Positions 1 to 10,256 are shown, counted from the first letter of the stretch. The stretch: DNA of 64,000 nt from Longimicrobiales bacterium (GCA_965204735.1 OZ242008.1:3616001-3680000), one strand, 5' to 3'. Notes: generated from the letters alone by a model not told the origin. Numbers and translations: made by a program.

Positions 1-124
1 CCTGGGTGGCGGTCGAGTCTTGTCGTGTGGCTCCGCTCACCAGTATGGCCGCTACGGCACCGTACATGACGGCCACGGACGCAAGTAGAACGACTGGGAG
101 ATGGGAGTTGGTTCGGGAAGTCAT
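1..124 (-). CDS. 5' part of a secreted or membrane protein running off the window edge (MTSRTNSHLPVVLLASVAVMYGAVAAILVSG...)
   Basis: ATG at 124 with AGGAG upstream; hydrophobic N-terminus; open to base 1. Not in the ORF track. Confidence 0.55.
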   Translation of the reverse strand, partial: MTSRTNSHLPVVLLASVAVMYGAVAAILVSGATRQDSTATQ

Positions 125-204
125 GTGACGGGCGCTCCTGGCCGGGGGGTCTTGGATTGGATATGGGTGGAGTGTGAGAGAAGCTATGCTGCTACCATTA
201 TCGG

Positions 205-258
205 GCACCGGAGCAATTCCAAACACGCCAGTTTCGGCCTGCACTGCGCCAAACTTGG
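205..258 (-). promoter_or_regulatory. Conserved upstream motif, copy 1 (degenerate)
   Basis: gcaccgg...acacgccagtttcggcctgcactgcg aligns with the copies at 2163, 7370, 13633 and 17702. Confidence 0.5.
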
Positions 259-399
259 CCTCCTCGCCGCAGAAGAAAGTAGGCGACGGCGATGAAGTTC
301 TCGGTGCGGTACTCGCGGGCCCGGAGCTACATGGCCTCCAGTATCCCCCGTTGCTGATCCGGAAGCGGAACCAGGCCAAAGATGCCTGCCGCGTGCGCC

Positions 400-700
400 G
401 CTCACCGACGCTTCCTCGCACCATTGTTCGAGATGCGCTTCTGCAGGACTAGCGGCAGCTTCCAGAACTCCTGGAACACCAGCTTCAGCTGGTACACCCG
501 CGCCGTCTCCAGGGCGATCCGCACGGGTCCGGCAGCTCGTCCCGGCCACGCCTGCTGGCTGGAAACGTCTCGCGCCCCCTTCAGATACGCCGGCGACATG
601 TTCATACGCAGCTCCTTGATCTGCTCCCGTGCTGCCGCCGTGTGCCTCCAGGCCCTCCATGAACTCGCCCAGCAGCGCAATGCGGTCGTCGTAGACGCTC
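400..700 (-). pseudogene. ISL3-family transposase fragment
   Basis: Split-frame motifs EQIKELRMNMSPAYLKGA (ISL3 DMSPAY) and TARVYQLKLVFQEFW; boundaries approximate. Confidence 0.65.
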
Positions 701-759
701 CCGTCAGCACACGGCCAACCATCCGCGGCAGCCGCTCGCGCGGCATAACTGTCGCAGCA

Positions 760-985
760 CCTTGCCCTCCGTCCCGACCCGATCCACGTTGCGGCGAGCG
801 ACTACAGCGGCCACGAAGGCGAGGTACGCCTCCACCGACTCGACTCCCCCGAGCCCCTGAGCATCAGCGCGCCGTCCAGCGTCGCTTGAAGTGGTCGGGG
901 CTGCCCTCGACCACGCCGTTCTTGTGGGTCCGGCCCCGTTTGTTCCGCGTCGGCGTCATCCCGTAGTGGGCGCACAGCGCCCCGC
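760..985 (-). pseudogene. IS21 (subtype B) istA internal fragment
   Basis: Minus strand reads ALCAHYGMTPTRNKRGRTHKNGVVEG..HFKRR / LDGALMLRGS, matching the IstA core motif. Confidence 0.6.
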
Positions 986-988
986 AGT

Positions 989-1080
989 GCCGAGTACGCC
1001 AAGACCGCGGAAGCGGCGTCACGCCGAGACCGGATCGTGGCGCAACTGGTGGACTTGAAGATGCCAGGCGCGCCCGAGGT
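989..1080 (+). pseudogene. IS21 (subtype A-like) istA/istB junction fragment
   Basis: gccgagtacgccaagaccgcggaagcggcgtc...gaccggatcg...gacttgaagatgcc resembles 9412-9510. Confidence 0.65.
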
Positions 1081-1092
1081 GGAGCCGGGCCG

Positions 1093-1200
1093 CGCCAAGC
1101 GCATTTGCTTGGCCAGCCGGTCCTGGGCCGTACCGAACATCCGCTCGACCCGACCCTTCGCCTGTGGCGAGGTTCGCCAGGATCACCTCAATGCCCAGTA
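1093..1200 (-). pseudogene. ISNCY/IS481-like transposase fragment
   Basis: Reads SPQAKGRVERMFGTAQDRLAKQMRLA. Confidence 0.65.
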
Positions 1201-1249
1201 ATCGAGTTCTGCCGTGCCAAGAGTCACAGCTACTACCGACGTGACCGAG

Positions 1250-1804
1250 CTACTCAGTCGTGTCGGGACACTGGGCGAGCGTATTGACGGCGACGGCGTA
1301 CCGGCCAGTATCCGCCTCCAATGCACCGGCTACTACCTTATAGGATCCAGTAGCAAGCGCGGTGAAACAAATCCAGGAATCTAAGCCATCACCACTGTCG
1401 TCGTCGGTCAGTGCGTATGCGTCCTCACCACGTGCGACTACCACCCTCCTGATCGAAGGCCCTACCACATATAGATAGGGATCGAAGTCGGTCGAGCGAA
1501 GCGACACGGAGTAGTTGTGCCCGGCCACTCCCTCGAAGTGCCATGCTGACACTCGGCGACCGGTACGTACCAGGTGGTTGGTCACCTGGAGCTGGCTTTC
1601 TACTGTGTCACCGATAGCGAGTTCGCCACTGGATTCCAGCAGTGACAGGATTGACGGATCTCTTTGTCCGATGGGATCGTCACCACCACTAGACGTACAC
1701 ATTGCCGATCCTGTAACCGCAAGGACCACTGCTACGCGGACGAGCCCATTTCTCACGACCGTCCATCTGCCGGGGAGAGTCCACCGGTCATCAGTCATTG
1801 TCAC
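1250..1804 (-). CDS. Putative lipoprotein with PPC (pre-peptidase C-terminal)-like domain
   Basis: Hydrophobic signal ending SAMC; motifs STDFDPYLYVVGP, LTDDDSGDGLDS, TGRYAVAV. Confidence 0.7.
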   Translation of the reverse strand: MTMTDDRWTLPGRWTVVRNGLVRVAVVLAVTGSAMCTSSGGDDPIGQRDPSILSLLESSGELAIGDTVESQLQVTNHLVRTGRRVSAWHFEGVAGHNYSVSLRSTDFDPYLYVVGPSIRRVVVARGEDAYALTDDDSGDGLDSWICFTALATGSYKVVAGALEADTGRYAVAVNTLAQCPDTTE

Positions 1805-2103
1805 TCCTTCCCTTTGGCTGACGGAAAGAGGTTCAATCTAGTATGGCCATGGCCACGGGCTGGCCAAGAGGATACGCGCATAGCGACGTTATTGTTGGTA
1901 GAGGGCTCTGCAGGAGACTGGATCCAACGATCCTTGCCGAACGGGACCCACGGGATCGCCAAGCCCACGGCCTCGACTTGGCGAATTTCCTCATTTGTGG
2001 TATCGATCGGCTCTTCAGGTGTCGGGATGAGATCACCTAGTAGGGCCGCGTCGGCCCATGCCGCGGCACTGATCGGGATGTGGATAATTGTCGCTGTCGT
2101 CAT
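1801..2103 (-). CDS. Hypothetical protein
   Basis: ATG at 2103 with GGAG upstream; its stop overlaps the next start (ATGA). No family recognised. Confidence 0.45.
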   Translation of the reverse strand: MTTATIIHIPISAAAWADAALLGDLIPTPEEPIDTTNEEIRQVEAVGLAIPWVPFGKDRWIQSPAEPSTNNNVAMRVSSWPARGHGHTRLNLFPSAKGKE

Positions 2104-2162
2104 TGTTGATTCTTGATCTCCCATTTGAGGCAGTCAGGAAGGTGTGGCGATGATTCAGTGTA

Positions 2163-2216
2163 GCACCGCCCCGTCGACCGATATACTCCAGTTTTCGCCC
2201 GCCCTGCGACGATTCC
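2163..2216 (-). promoter_or_regulatory. Conserved upstream motif, copy 2
   Basis: gcaccgccccgtcgaccgatatactccagttttcgcccgccctgcgacgattcc; core ~80 nt upstream of ATG 2103. Confidence 0.6.
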
Positions 2217-2335
2217 TGCCGACGTCTAACTTAAGGTCGGTCTAGGACTGCTTTGGCGGATGCTCTGGCCCCGATACGACGAGCGGCAAACTCTTGGTCC
2301 GATCCCTTTTCTCTGTCTCCAGAACCGTCGTTGCG

Positions 2336-3410
2336 GTAGAGCGACAATCAGGACGAGACACCGGCGACAATCAGGATGAGACGTCCGGGATCGTGACAGG
2401 AACGATGTCAGCGGAGGTGGAACGGGTTAAGACGAGGGGGTTGGGCATGGGGCAAGCGGGGGCCGCGGAGCAGGCTTCCGCACGAGCGCCGGCACCGGGA
2501 GTTGCGAGTCGGAGGCGTTGTGTGAGCGAGCCCGGGCACCGATCAGGTGGTCGGTCGTCGGCGCGGGCGTTGGGCCGGGCAGCCGGGCGGCTACTTCTTG
2601 TCGTCGGCTCCGGCGGCGTTGGCGGCGCGTTCGAAGGCGGCTTGTCGGCGATAGCTCTCGCCTTCGGGCGTGAGGATGTGGGCGTGGTGGACAAGACGGT
2701 CGACGGTGGCGATCGTCATGGCCTTGTCGGCGAAAGATGCGCTCCCCAGGCGGCTCGGACAGTCCGGGCAGGCGGTCGAAGTCGAAGTTGTCGAGCGTCT
2801 TGCCGGGCGGCAGCTTGGCCTCGGCGCGGTGGCACTCGAAGCGTCGGCGCGCCCGGTCGGCGAACGGCCGCCACATGTCCTTCATGGTGGGCATGCGCAG
2901 TTCCTTGAGCATGCGGTCCACCTCGGCGTCGTCCACGACGAAGGGCTGCTTGGGGCTCATCGAGCGTCTCCTTCCTGATGGCGGGCGGCGCCGTCGGGGG
3001 CCGGTCCTTCGGCGGGGCCGTCGCCGTTGCGGGCACCGCCACGCGCTCGAACCACCCGCCCAGCGGGTCCAGCCGCCTGCTCCCGCGCGGCTTCTGCTTC
3101 TCCGACGGCAGGCGAGGGTCCACCTCCAGCCTGTACCCCGTCGCCCTGCTAACCCTGCCTTCGCCGCCGCCGTCTCGACGGCAAGCCCGTCGTCCTTCCG
3201 GTACCTCATGTACTGCCTCGCCTGGCCATCGTTCACGTGCCGGCCCGCCATCAGCGCTCCTCCTCGTTGGGGAAGACACTGATGTAGCTGGACCTCGTTC
3301 CACGATCACCGACGGCCGGCCTCCAGACGACAGGAACGAGCCCGCGCCCGAACCCCTTGACCTCACATCACAGCCGACTCCGGCAGTCTCAACTTGGTTG
3401 TCGTTCGACA
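2336..3410 (-). mobile_element. Internally deleted IS21 element (subtype B) retaining both ends
   Basis: IstA N-terminus MAGRHVNDGQARQYMRY..ETAAAKAG; IstB pieces MLKELRMPTM and KLPPGKTLDNFDF; left end TGTCGAACGACAACCAAG (minus) at 3410; duplicated gcgacaatcagga at the other end. Confidence 0.75.
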
Positions 3411-3414
3411 TTGC

Positions 3415-4182
3415 GTGGGCTGGAGGACGGTCTACCACTCGATCGAGACCGGCCAGCTCGACCGCGAACTCGACGCCGAGCCCGTGCGGTACGGACCTCG
3501 GCGACGGGCGCCGTCGAAGATGGACCCCTACAAGGCGGTCATCGACGATCGGCTGGCCACGTACCCGAAGCTCTCGGCGACCCGGCTGTACCGGGAGGTG
3601 CGGGAGTCGGGCTACGACGGGAGCTACAGCCAGGTCAAGCGATACGTGCGCGGGGTTCATCCTGGTGCCGACCCGGCGCCGGAGCGGCGGTTCGAGACGC
3701 CGCCGGGCCAATCAGGGTCGGGTGGACTTCGCCGACTTCGTGCTGCCGTGGGGCAAGCGCTACGCGCTGGTGGCCGTCCTGGGCTACTCGCGGATGCTGT
3801 GGCTCCAGTACTACGAGCGGCAGACGATGGAAACGGTGGTGCGCGGTCTGAGATGGTGGATTCGTGTTCTTCGGAGGCGTCGAGCGGGACGACGGTTCTG
3901 GAGACGGAGGGAAGAGGTGTGACCAAGAGTTGGGGCCAGGGCCTCGCCACCATGAACGCCGTCGCGGCGTGGATGGATCATGCTGGCGCTGCAAGCCGCA
4001 GGAACTCCGGCCCCCGGCACCGTCGGCATGACCGCCCGAGACCGCACGCCTGGGTCCGTCCCGTCACCACACGCCGGGGCTGGAGCTCGCCCGGCCACGC
4101 ACTCTTGGGGACCCGACTCCGGTCGCTCCGCTCCCTACGTTCGGGTCCCCAAGAGTGTGCAATTTTTCGATGGCCGTTGACA
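3415..4182 (+). mobile_element. Deleted IS21 (subtype A) copy: 5' istA fused to the right end
   Basis: Near-identical to about 8510-8965, then jumps to about 10230-10538; ends gtgtgcaatttttcgatggccgttgaca. Confidence 0.85.
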
Positions 4183-4232
4183 GCGGTTGAGCCGCCCGCT
4201 ACAAGCGAGCCTCGGTCGGTCGAATTCCCAGA

Positions 4233-5049
4233 CTACGACCGTTCGGCTACCCATGTCACAAACGCATCCGTCACACGCGCTGGCTCCCGACCCGCGACGG
4301 CCAGCGTGCATCCCACGAGCCTTGCAGCTAGCCTCTCCAGAGTGCGCCGCTCGACCTTGCCCTCCCGGCAAATGAGGGACCACGACTTCGTGGTGCGATG
4401 GGGAACCGCCCACAGCAGGATGGTCCATCCGAGGAATTCCTTGAGCCCGCACCGGATGGGTAAGTCGGCTTTCCAGTAGCGACTAAGGGTGGCGGGCGAG
4501 AGGAAGACTTGACGAGAAAGCATCTTGACACTAACAGGGGGGGGGGGGGGGATTATTATTGTTACTACTATTACTACTACTACTAGAAGATCGACCAGCA
4601 TCAAGCCCACAAGCCATCCTCAATGCCCTTTCAACCGCTGGTCTCGGCTTCGCGGTGGTGAGAATCCGATTGGCTAGCAACTGAAGTGGATCGTTGTGCC
4701 ATCCGGCTCTCCGAAGCCCGGGCAGAAGTTGGTCGCGAACCTCCTCCGCCCACACTACCTGGAACCACGAGCGATTCAACGAACGCAGCCGCTGTAGCCG
4801 CTCAAGAGACAACGGTGTGACAACCACACAAGACGGATCGCCAACCGAGGAACCGACCAGGGTTCGCAACCGGGTAGCCTCCCGGATTGTGTAGTCCGGC
4901 GTATAGTAGACCAGAGCTTCCGCCTCCGCCACGGTTGCGTTGAAGTCGTTCCAGCTCTCGGCCCACGACACTTCGACGCCCAACAGCGAAGATCGCAATC
5001 GGTCCAGCATTACTGGACACTTGCAGTGTACGGCGATTCTACTACCCAC
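4233..5049 (-). pseudogene. AraC-like/HTH regulator split by a frameshift at a 15-C tract
   Basis: ORF 4531-5049 ends PPPPPC*; another frame continues PPPPPVSVKMLSRQVFLSPATLSRYWK..VERRTLERL (two HTH-like segments). Confidence 0.55.
4537..4585. repeat. G15 homopolymer followed by ATT/ACT trinucleotide microsatellite
   Basis: ggggggggggggggg attattattgttactactattactactactacta. Confidence 0.95.
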
Positions 5050-5081
5050 GTCGTGCCTGTGCGCGTCCTAGTTGATCGACT

Positions 5082-6650
5082 TCAGGGCAACTGCACCACA
5101 TGCCCGATGACGATCGGTTGTCTGTACATGTCTGTGCCAATCACTTGCCCTTCCGCGGTAATTCCATATGTCGGCCCTAGGCGAATAACGTATAGCCACG
5201 CAAACCGAGGATCGTTCGAAGACACTCTTTCGCCAACCTCTCTGACATCACCGCCGTACGTACCTCGGCCCATAATCCGTCCTTCATGTGTAACAAAATA
5301 TTCGTTCGGATCCGAATAGAACACGACCTGCCAGGCGAAATCATCACTGACTTCCTCGTTTGCGATCTCGCCACCTGGTGCTGGTATTGGCAATCGACGG
5401 CGCGTCGACGGCGTCTGTTGTTTCTGACTAACCTGCGAACTCAGGCTGAGCTCATACTTACCCCACTCCCCATCTGTATATGGCCTGATCAGAAGTCGAT
5501 GGCGATCGGATTGGTCAAAGCGAACCGTAACTTTTGAATTTGTTCCTGATCCGCTGTCGTCATCCGAGGCCATCGGCTTGTTGTCCATATTTGGGCCGAA
5601 TATGACCAAATACGTGTCAAAGTCATCCGACGACGCAGATACCGTCAGAACTTCGCCCGCTGATGCTCTGTACCACCACTCGTCATACGAGCGGTTCTGG
5701 TCGTCGCGCTGATCCGTCGCTGTAAGCTCACCGACATTTCGTCCCAATTGCGCAGTTTCGGGATCTGAGGACGGCCGTGAGCGGCTTTCGCTTTCACTAC
5801 TACGCCCATCCTTTTCTGCCAGCTCTGTCGCCTCAATCCATCCGTTGGTGACGGCTGCGACCCGGGCTCGACGACCCGGGTGGGTATCGGAGCCAGCGTC
5901 TGGAAAGAGATTGAACACCGCGACTGCCTCTTCCATGCTTGCACCCATGCGAGACAGCGTGAAACCCGAGAACTTATCGGCCTCAAGCTCCGTTGGTGGA
6001 CGGCTTCCGCCCGGTATCAGCGTGTGTCCCATAACGTGATGACCTACCTCATGTGCTAGCACTGCCACCATTGACCAATCTGTATCAGTCCGATCCCGAA
6101 TCTGTTGCATGAACCTCTGGTTGTACAGAATCATGCGTCTGCTTCCTTCCTGATAGGCCACTGCGTTCGGGATACTTGCTGCATGTAGTTCAAAAGGCAA
6201 CCTAGCCGAGCCCATTCCGACGTGACGCAACATATCGCGCAACACGCCCCTCGCTTCGTCATCAGATGAGAATGTGTAGACCTCATGACCCAGAGAACCC
6301 TGGCCTGTATATAGACAGTAGCTACCGTCCTTGAGATGAAGCAACTCTTGAGCCGTTGCGGCACTACTGTTTCCTAAAATCGGCAAGATGCACATGGACC
6401 GTGCAAGCCCAGTTATCAGGCGAAATTTGCGAACTAAGTCGGTGCTGCGGGTCGAGGCTCGGCCTGACACGGTGACGAGCGGGGCGGGACTTGGACCTGC
6501 CGCGAGATGCGCCAGCGGGCGTAGTAGACCGGTGGATGAGCGAGCGCATCGACGACGCGCAGGAGCCACACGGGGTCGCCATTTCATGGCCGAACTTGCT
6601 TGTCTATGAGGGGCCATTGCAATACCGATCATCAGGACAGTGGACAGCAC
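5082..6650 (-). CDS. M48-like zinc metallopeptidase with PPC domain (true start may be near 6394)
   Basis: PNAVA, VAVLAHEVGHH (HEXXH), ELEADKFSG, THP; PPC motifs SSDDFDTYLVI and DDDSGSGTNS. Confidence 0.8.
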   Translation of the reverse strand: MLSTVLMIGIAMAPHRQASSAMKWRPRVAPARRRCARSSTGLLRPLAHLAAGPSPAPLVTVSGRASTRSTDLVRKFRLITGLARSMCILPILGNSSAATAQELLHLKDGSYCLYTGQGSLGHEVYTFSSDDEARGVLRDMLRHVGMGSARLPFELHAASIPNAVAYQEGSRRMILYNQRFMQQIRDRTDTDWSMVAVLAHEVGHHVMGHTLIPGGSRPPTELEADKFSGFTLSRMGASMEEAVAVFNLFPDAGSDTHPGRRARVAAVTNGWIEATELAEKDGRSSESESRSRPSSDPETAQLGRNVGELTATDQRDDQNRSYDEWWYRASAGEVLTVSASSDDFDTYLVIFGPNMDNKPMASDDDSGSGTNSKVTVRFDQSDRHRLLIRPYTDGEWGKYELSLSSQVSQKQQTPSTRRRLPIPAPGGEIANEEVSDDFAWQVVFYSDPNEYFVTHEGRIMGRGTYGGDVREVGERVSSNDPRFAWLYVIRLGPTYGITAEGQVIGTDMYRQPIVIGHVVQLP

Positions 6651-6672
6651 TCACTCTATTTGTGTCTCCTCG

Positions 6673-7308
6673 TCATGGAATTGGAAAGGTGCAAACTGCA
6701 CTATTGTTCTCCGATACCCTGCAAACCTTGAGGGCATGGGTCACTCTTCCACTACGTGCTACGGCGTTATTGTCGACTGCCCCAAGGATGCAGGAGGACC
6801 AGCCATCGGCAGCTTCCTCTGCGCAGAGGGGGCCATTCGACAGACGCCGGGTTGCGCCTACTGGAATCTCAACCTCGGCTGTACTAGTGAAGTAGCGTGA
6901 GGAACCAACCGCGTAGTATAGGCCGACACGGGCAATGGTGCCGTAGTCACAGTTGTTGGTATAAGCCTGATCGTATAGGATGTATACGAATTCACCCTCG
7001 TCATCAACGAATACGCGGGAGAAGTGCCAACCGAAATCCTGGACAGTCGTGCATTGTACAGGGGCGATGGAAGAAGGCGGGGTCAGTGCCTCGTCGATTT
7101 CGTCGCACCCTGCAGGTGCCAGGACGGCGGCCAAGGAAACAAGCAGGAAGCTGGTAGGGGCCAGTCGGTTGGGATGGTTCGCCGTGGCAGGGCTCTGGCC
7201 CCAGGCCACCCATCGGGAGGGGCAGAACAGGGCGACCAGGTGCCGGAACAGTGCCTGTAGGGTGGCGCGGAACGTCGAGGGAGTCGAGGAGTCGGTTCGG
7301 GAGGTCAT
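6673..7308 (-). CDS. Hypothetical putative lipoprotein, Cys-containing
   Basis: AGGAG RBS; LLVSLAAVLAPAGC lipobox-like segment. Confidence 0.6.
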   Translation of the reverse strand: MTSRTDSSTPSTFRATLQALFRHLVALFCPSRWVAWGQSPATANHPNRLAPTSFLLVSLAAVLAPAGCDEIDEALTPPSSIAPVQCTTVQDFGWHFSRVFVDDEGEFVYILYDQAYTNNCDYGTIARVGLYYAVGSSRYFTSTAEVEIPVGATRRLSNGPLCAEEAADGWSSCILGAVDNNAVARSGRVTHALKVCRVSENNSAVCTFPIP

Positions 7309-7369
7309 GGCGGGCTCCTGATCTGGGAATGGAGTGAGGAAGGAAGTTGTTGGTGAGTGAGTGAGTATC

Positions 7370-7424
7370 GCGCCGCCGTGTCGGCCAAACTACGGCATTT
7401 TCTGCTCGCACTGCGACGATTTGG
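7370..7424 (-). promoter_or_regulatory. Conserved upstream motif, copy 3
   Basis: gcgccgccgtgtcggccaaactacggcattttctgctcgcactgcgacgatttgg aligns ungapped to copy 2. Confidence 0.6.
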
Positions 7425-7443
7425 AACTGTGCTGCGACACCAT

Positions 7444-8271
7444 CTCGAGCGTCTTGACCGACGGCAGACGGGCTCGACCGCATCGCCGTCGCCAGCCGAC
7501 GGCTGTTGCGCAACGCGATCTGCGCCGCCAGCAGATCCTCGATCGCTTCGGCCGCCGTCGCAGCGCCGCCATCCACCCGGGCCAGCACGTCGGCAAGAGC
7601 TTCGAGCGCGCCCGGCATCTTCAAGCCCGCCAGCATCTCCGCGATCCGGTCTCTGCGCGACACCGCCTTCACGACGCCGCCTCCGGGACTGCCCGACTCC
7701 GGCGCGCCGCCTGCCGAGCCGCGACCGGGACGACCGAGCGATAGGGCCGTCCCGCCAACGGCAGGAGCCGACCCCGCTCGTGCTCGAAGCGGACCACGGG
7801 ACGCTGCTTCAACGTGCCGTGAACGCGAACGTTGGCCACCGTGTCCAGCCAGCGGCGTGCACGAGCGTTCAGATCGTCGTCGGACGAACTCCCGACCGTA
7901 GAAGAAGCTGCTGCGGACGTAGTTGATCGGACGCTCGACCTTCCTCTTCGTCTTCGCCCGACCCGCCCTGCACGCCCGGATGCGGAAGCCCCAGTGCGCG
8001 CTGAACCGCAGGAACTCCCGGTTCTCCAGCAGCCGACCGCCCTCGGCGCGTCGGTCGCCCACGACGACCGCCCGCATCTGGTCGAAGAGCAGCTCGGCGG
8101 GCACGCCTCCGAAGAACGCGAACGCTCCCTTCAGACCCCGCACCACCGTCTCCATCGTCTGCCGCTCGTAGTACTGGAGCCACAGCATCCACGAGTAGCC
8201 CAGCACCACCACCAGCGCGTAGCGCTTGCCCCACGGCAGCACGAAGTCGGCGAAGTCCACCTGACCCCTGA
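7444..8271 (-). mobile_element. IS21-A inverted copy, 3' half (istA remainder and truncated istB)
   Basis: Reverse complement of about 8800-9672, with frameshifts. Confidence 0.9.
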
Positions 8272-8418
8272 TGTTACCGGCCACTGAAAATTGCACACTT
8301 CTGGCCGTCGAAAATTGCACACTTCTGGCTCCTGACGAAGCGGTGGCGCGAGCCCCTTGGGCTGCCGTCCGCACGGATCAAGTACGGTGCGTCTTCATCC
8401 CAAGCCGGAGGAGACGCG

Positions 8419-9447
8419 ATGTTCAGGAGGGAGAAGCGAGTGCTGCTGCGACACTATCTCGACCAGGGGGTGCCGAAGGCGGAGATCGCCCGCCGCGTCG
8501 GCGTGAGCCGGAGGACGGTCTACCACTGGATCGAGACCGGCCAGCTCGACCGCGAACTCGACGCCGAGCCCGTGCGGTACGGACCTCGGCGACGGGCGCC
8601 GTCGAAGCTGGACCCCTACAAGGCGGTCATCGACGATCGGCTGGCCACGTACCCGAAGCTCTCGGCGACCCGGCTGTACCGGGAGGTGCGGGAGTCGGGC
8701 TACGACGGGAGCTACAGCCAGGTCAAGCGGTACGTGCGGGGGGTTCGTCCTGGTGCCGAGCCGGCGCCGGAGCGGCGGTTCGAGACGCCGCCGGGCCATC
8801 AGGGCCAGGTGGACTTCGCCGACTTCGTGCTGCCGTGGGGCAAGCGCTACGCGCTGGTGGTGGTGCTGGGCTACTCGCGGATGCTGTGGCTCCAGTACTA
8901 CGAGCGGCAGACGATGGAGACGGTGGTCCGGGGTCTGGAGGGAGCGTTCGCGTTCTTCGGAGGCGTGCCCGCCGAGCTGCTCTTCGACCAGATGCGGGCG
9001 GTCGTCGTGGGCGACCGACGCGCCGAGGGCGGTCGGCTGCTGGAGAACCGGGAGTTCCTGCGGTTCAGCGCGCACTGGGGCTTCCGCATCCGGGCGTGCA
9101 GGGCGGGTCGGGCGAAGACGAAGGGGAAGGTCGAGCGTCCGATCAGCTACGTCCGCAGCAGCTTCTTCTACGGTCGGGAGTTCGTCTCCGACGACGATCT
9201 GAACGCTCGTGCACGCCGCTGGCTGGACACGGTGGCCAACGTGCGCGTTCACGGCACGTTGAAGCAGCGTCCCGTGGTCCGCTTCGAGGACGAGCGGGGC
9301 TGGCTCCTGCCGTTGGCGCAACGGCCCTACCGCTCGGTCGTCCCGGTCGCGGCTCGGCAGGCGGCGCCGGAGTCGGGCGGTCCCGTCGTGGCGGTGGAGC
9401 GGCGGTCGCTGGCCGAGTACGCGAAGATCGCGGAGGCGGCGTCGTGA
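8419..9447 (+). CDS. istA: IS21 transposase IstA
   Basis: N-terminal HTH, RFETPPGHQGQVDF, LLFDQM, KTKGKVER. Confidence 0.95.
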   Translation: MFRREKRVLLRHYLDQGVPKAEIARRVGVSRRTVYHWIETGQLDRELDAEPVRYGPRRRAPSKLDPYKAVIDDRLATYPKLSATRLYREVRESGYDGSYSQVKRYVRGVRPGAEPAPERRFETPPGHQGQVDFADFVLPWGKRYALVVVLGYSRMLWLQYYERQTMETVVRGLEGAFAFFGGVPAELLFDQMRAVVVGDRRAEGGRLLENREFLRFSAHWGFRIRACRAGRAKTKGKVERPISYVRSSFFYGREFVSDDDLNARARRWLDTVANVRVHGTLKQRPVVRFEDERGWLLPLAQRPYRSVVPVAARQAAPESGGPVVAVERRSLAEYAKIAEAAS

Positions 9448-10256
9448 AGCCGGTGTCGCGCAGAGACCGGATCGCGGAGATGCTGGCGGACTTGAAGATG
9501 CCGGGCGCGCTCGAAGCTCTTGCCGACGTGCTGGCCCGCGTGGACGGCGGCGCTGCGACGGCGGCCGAAGCGATCGAGGAGCTGCTGGCGGCGCAGATCG
9601 CGTTGCGCAACAGCCGTCGGCTGGCGACGGCGATGCGGTCGAGCCGTCTGCCGGCGGTCAAGACGCTCGAGGAGTACGACTTCGCGTTCCAGCCGTCGGT
9701 GAAGCGGGAGCAGATCGCGTCGCTGCACGAACTGGGGTTCGTGGCGCGCAAGGAGAACGTCGTGTTCCTGGGCCCGCCGGGCGTGGGCAAGACGCACTTG
9801 GCGATCAGCTTGGCCGTCGCGGCGGCGCAGGGCGGTCGGCGGATCTACTACGGCACGCTCTCCGACCTGGTGGAGTCGCTGGAGGAGGCTCAGGCGGCCG
9901 GCCGCCTCAAGCAGCGGCTGAAGACGCTGACGCACCCGTCGCTGCTGGTGGTCGACGAGATCGGCTACTTGCCGGTGAGCCGGAGCGGGGCGACGCTGTT
10001 CTTCCAGCTGATCGCCCGGCGCTACGAGCACGCCTCGACGGTGGTCACGTCGAACAAGGGGTTCGAGGAGTGGGGACGGATCCTGGGCGACGAGGTGATG
10101 GCGGCGGCGCTGCTGGACCGACTGCTGCACCGGTGCCACATCGTCAACATCCGAGGCAACAGCTGGCGGACGCGACACCATGCGGCCGAGCTGGCCAAGG
10201 CGCTGGAGGGTCAGCCGTCGGACGACGGTTCCGGAGACGGAGGGAGGGGATCGTGA
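9444..10256 (+). CDS. istB: IS21 helper ATPase IstB
   Basis: GTGA overlap with istA; GPPGVGKTHLA, LLVVDEIGY, TSNK, ALLDRLLH. Confidence 0.95.
   Translation: MKPVSRRDRIAEMLADLKMPGALEALADVLARVDGGAATAAEAIEELLAAQIALRNSRRLATAMRSSRLPAVKTLEEYDFAFQPSVKREQIASLHELGFVARKENVVFLGPPGVGKTHLAISLAVAAAQGGRRIYYGTLSDLVESLEEAQAAGRLKQRLKTLTHPSLLVVDEIGYLPVSRSGATLFFQLIARRYEHASTVVTSNKGFEEWGRILGDEVMAAALLDRLLHRCHIVNIRGNSWRTRHHAAELAKALEGQPSDDGSGDGGRGS

Noticed and set aside
2224..2230. GTCTAAC (and GTTAGGT/GTTAGAT near 52128-52139) as integron attC cores
   Set aside because: No paired inverse core with a palindromic body, not shared by the other motif copies, and no integrase in the window.
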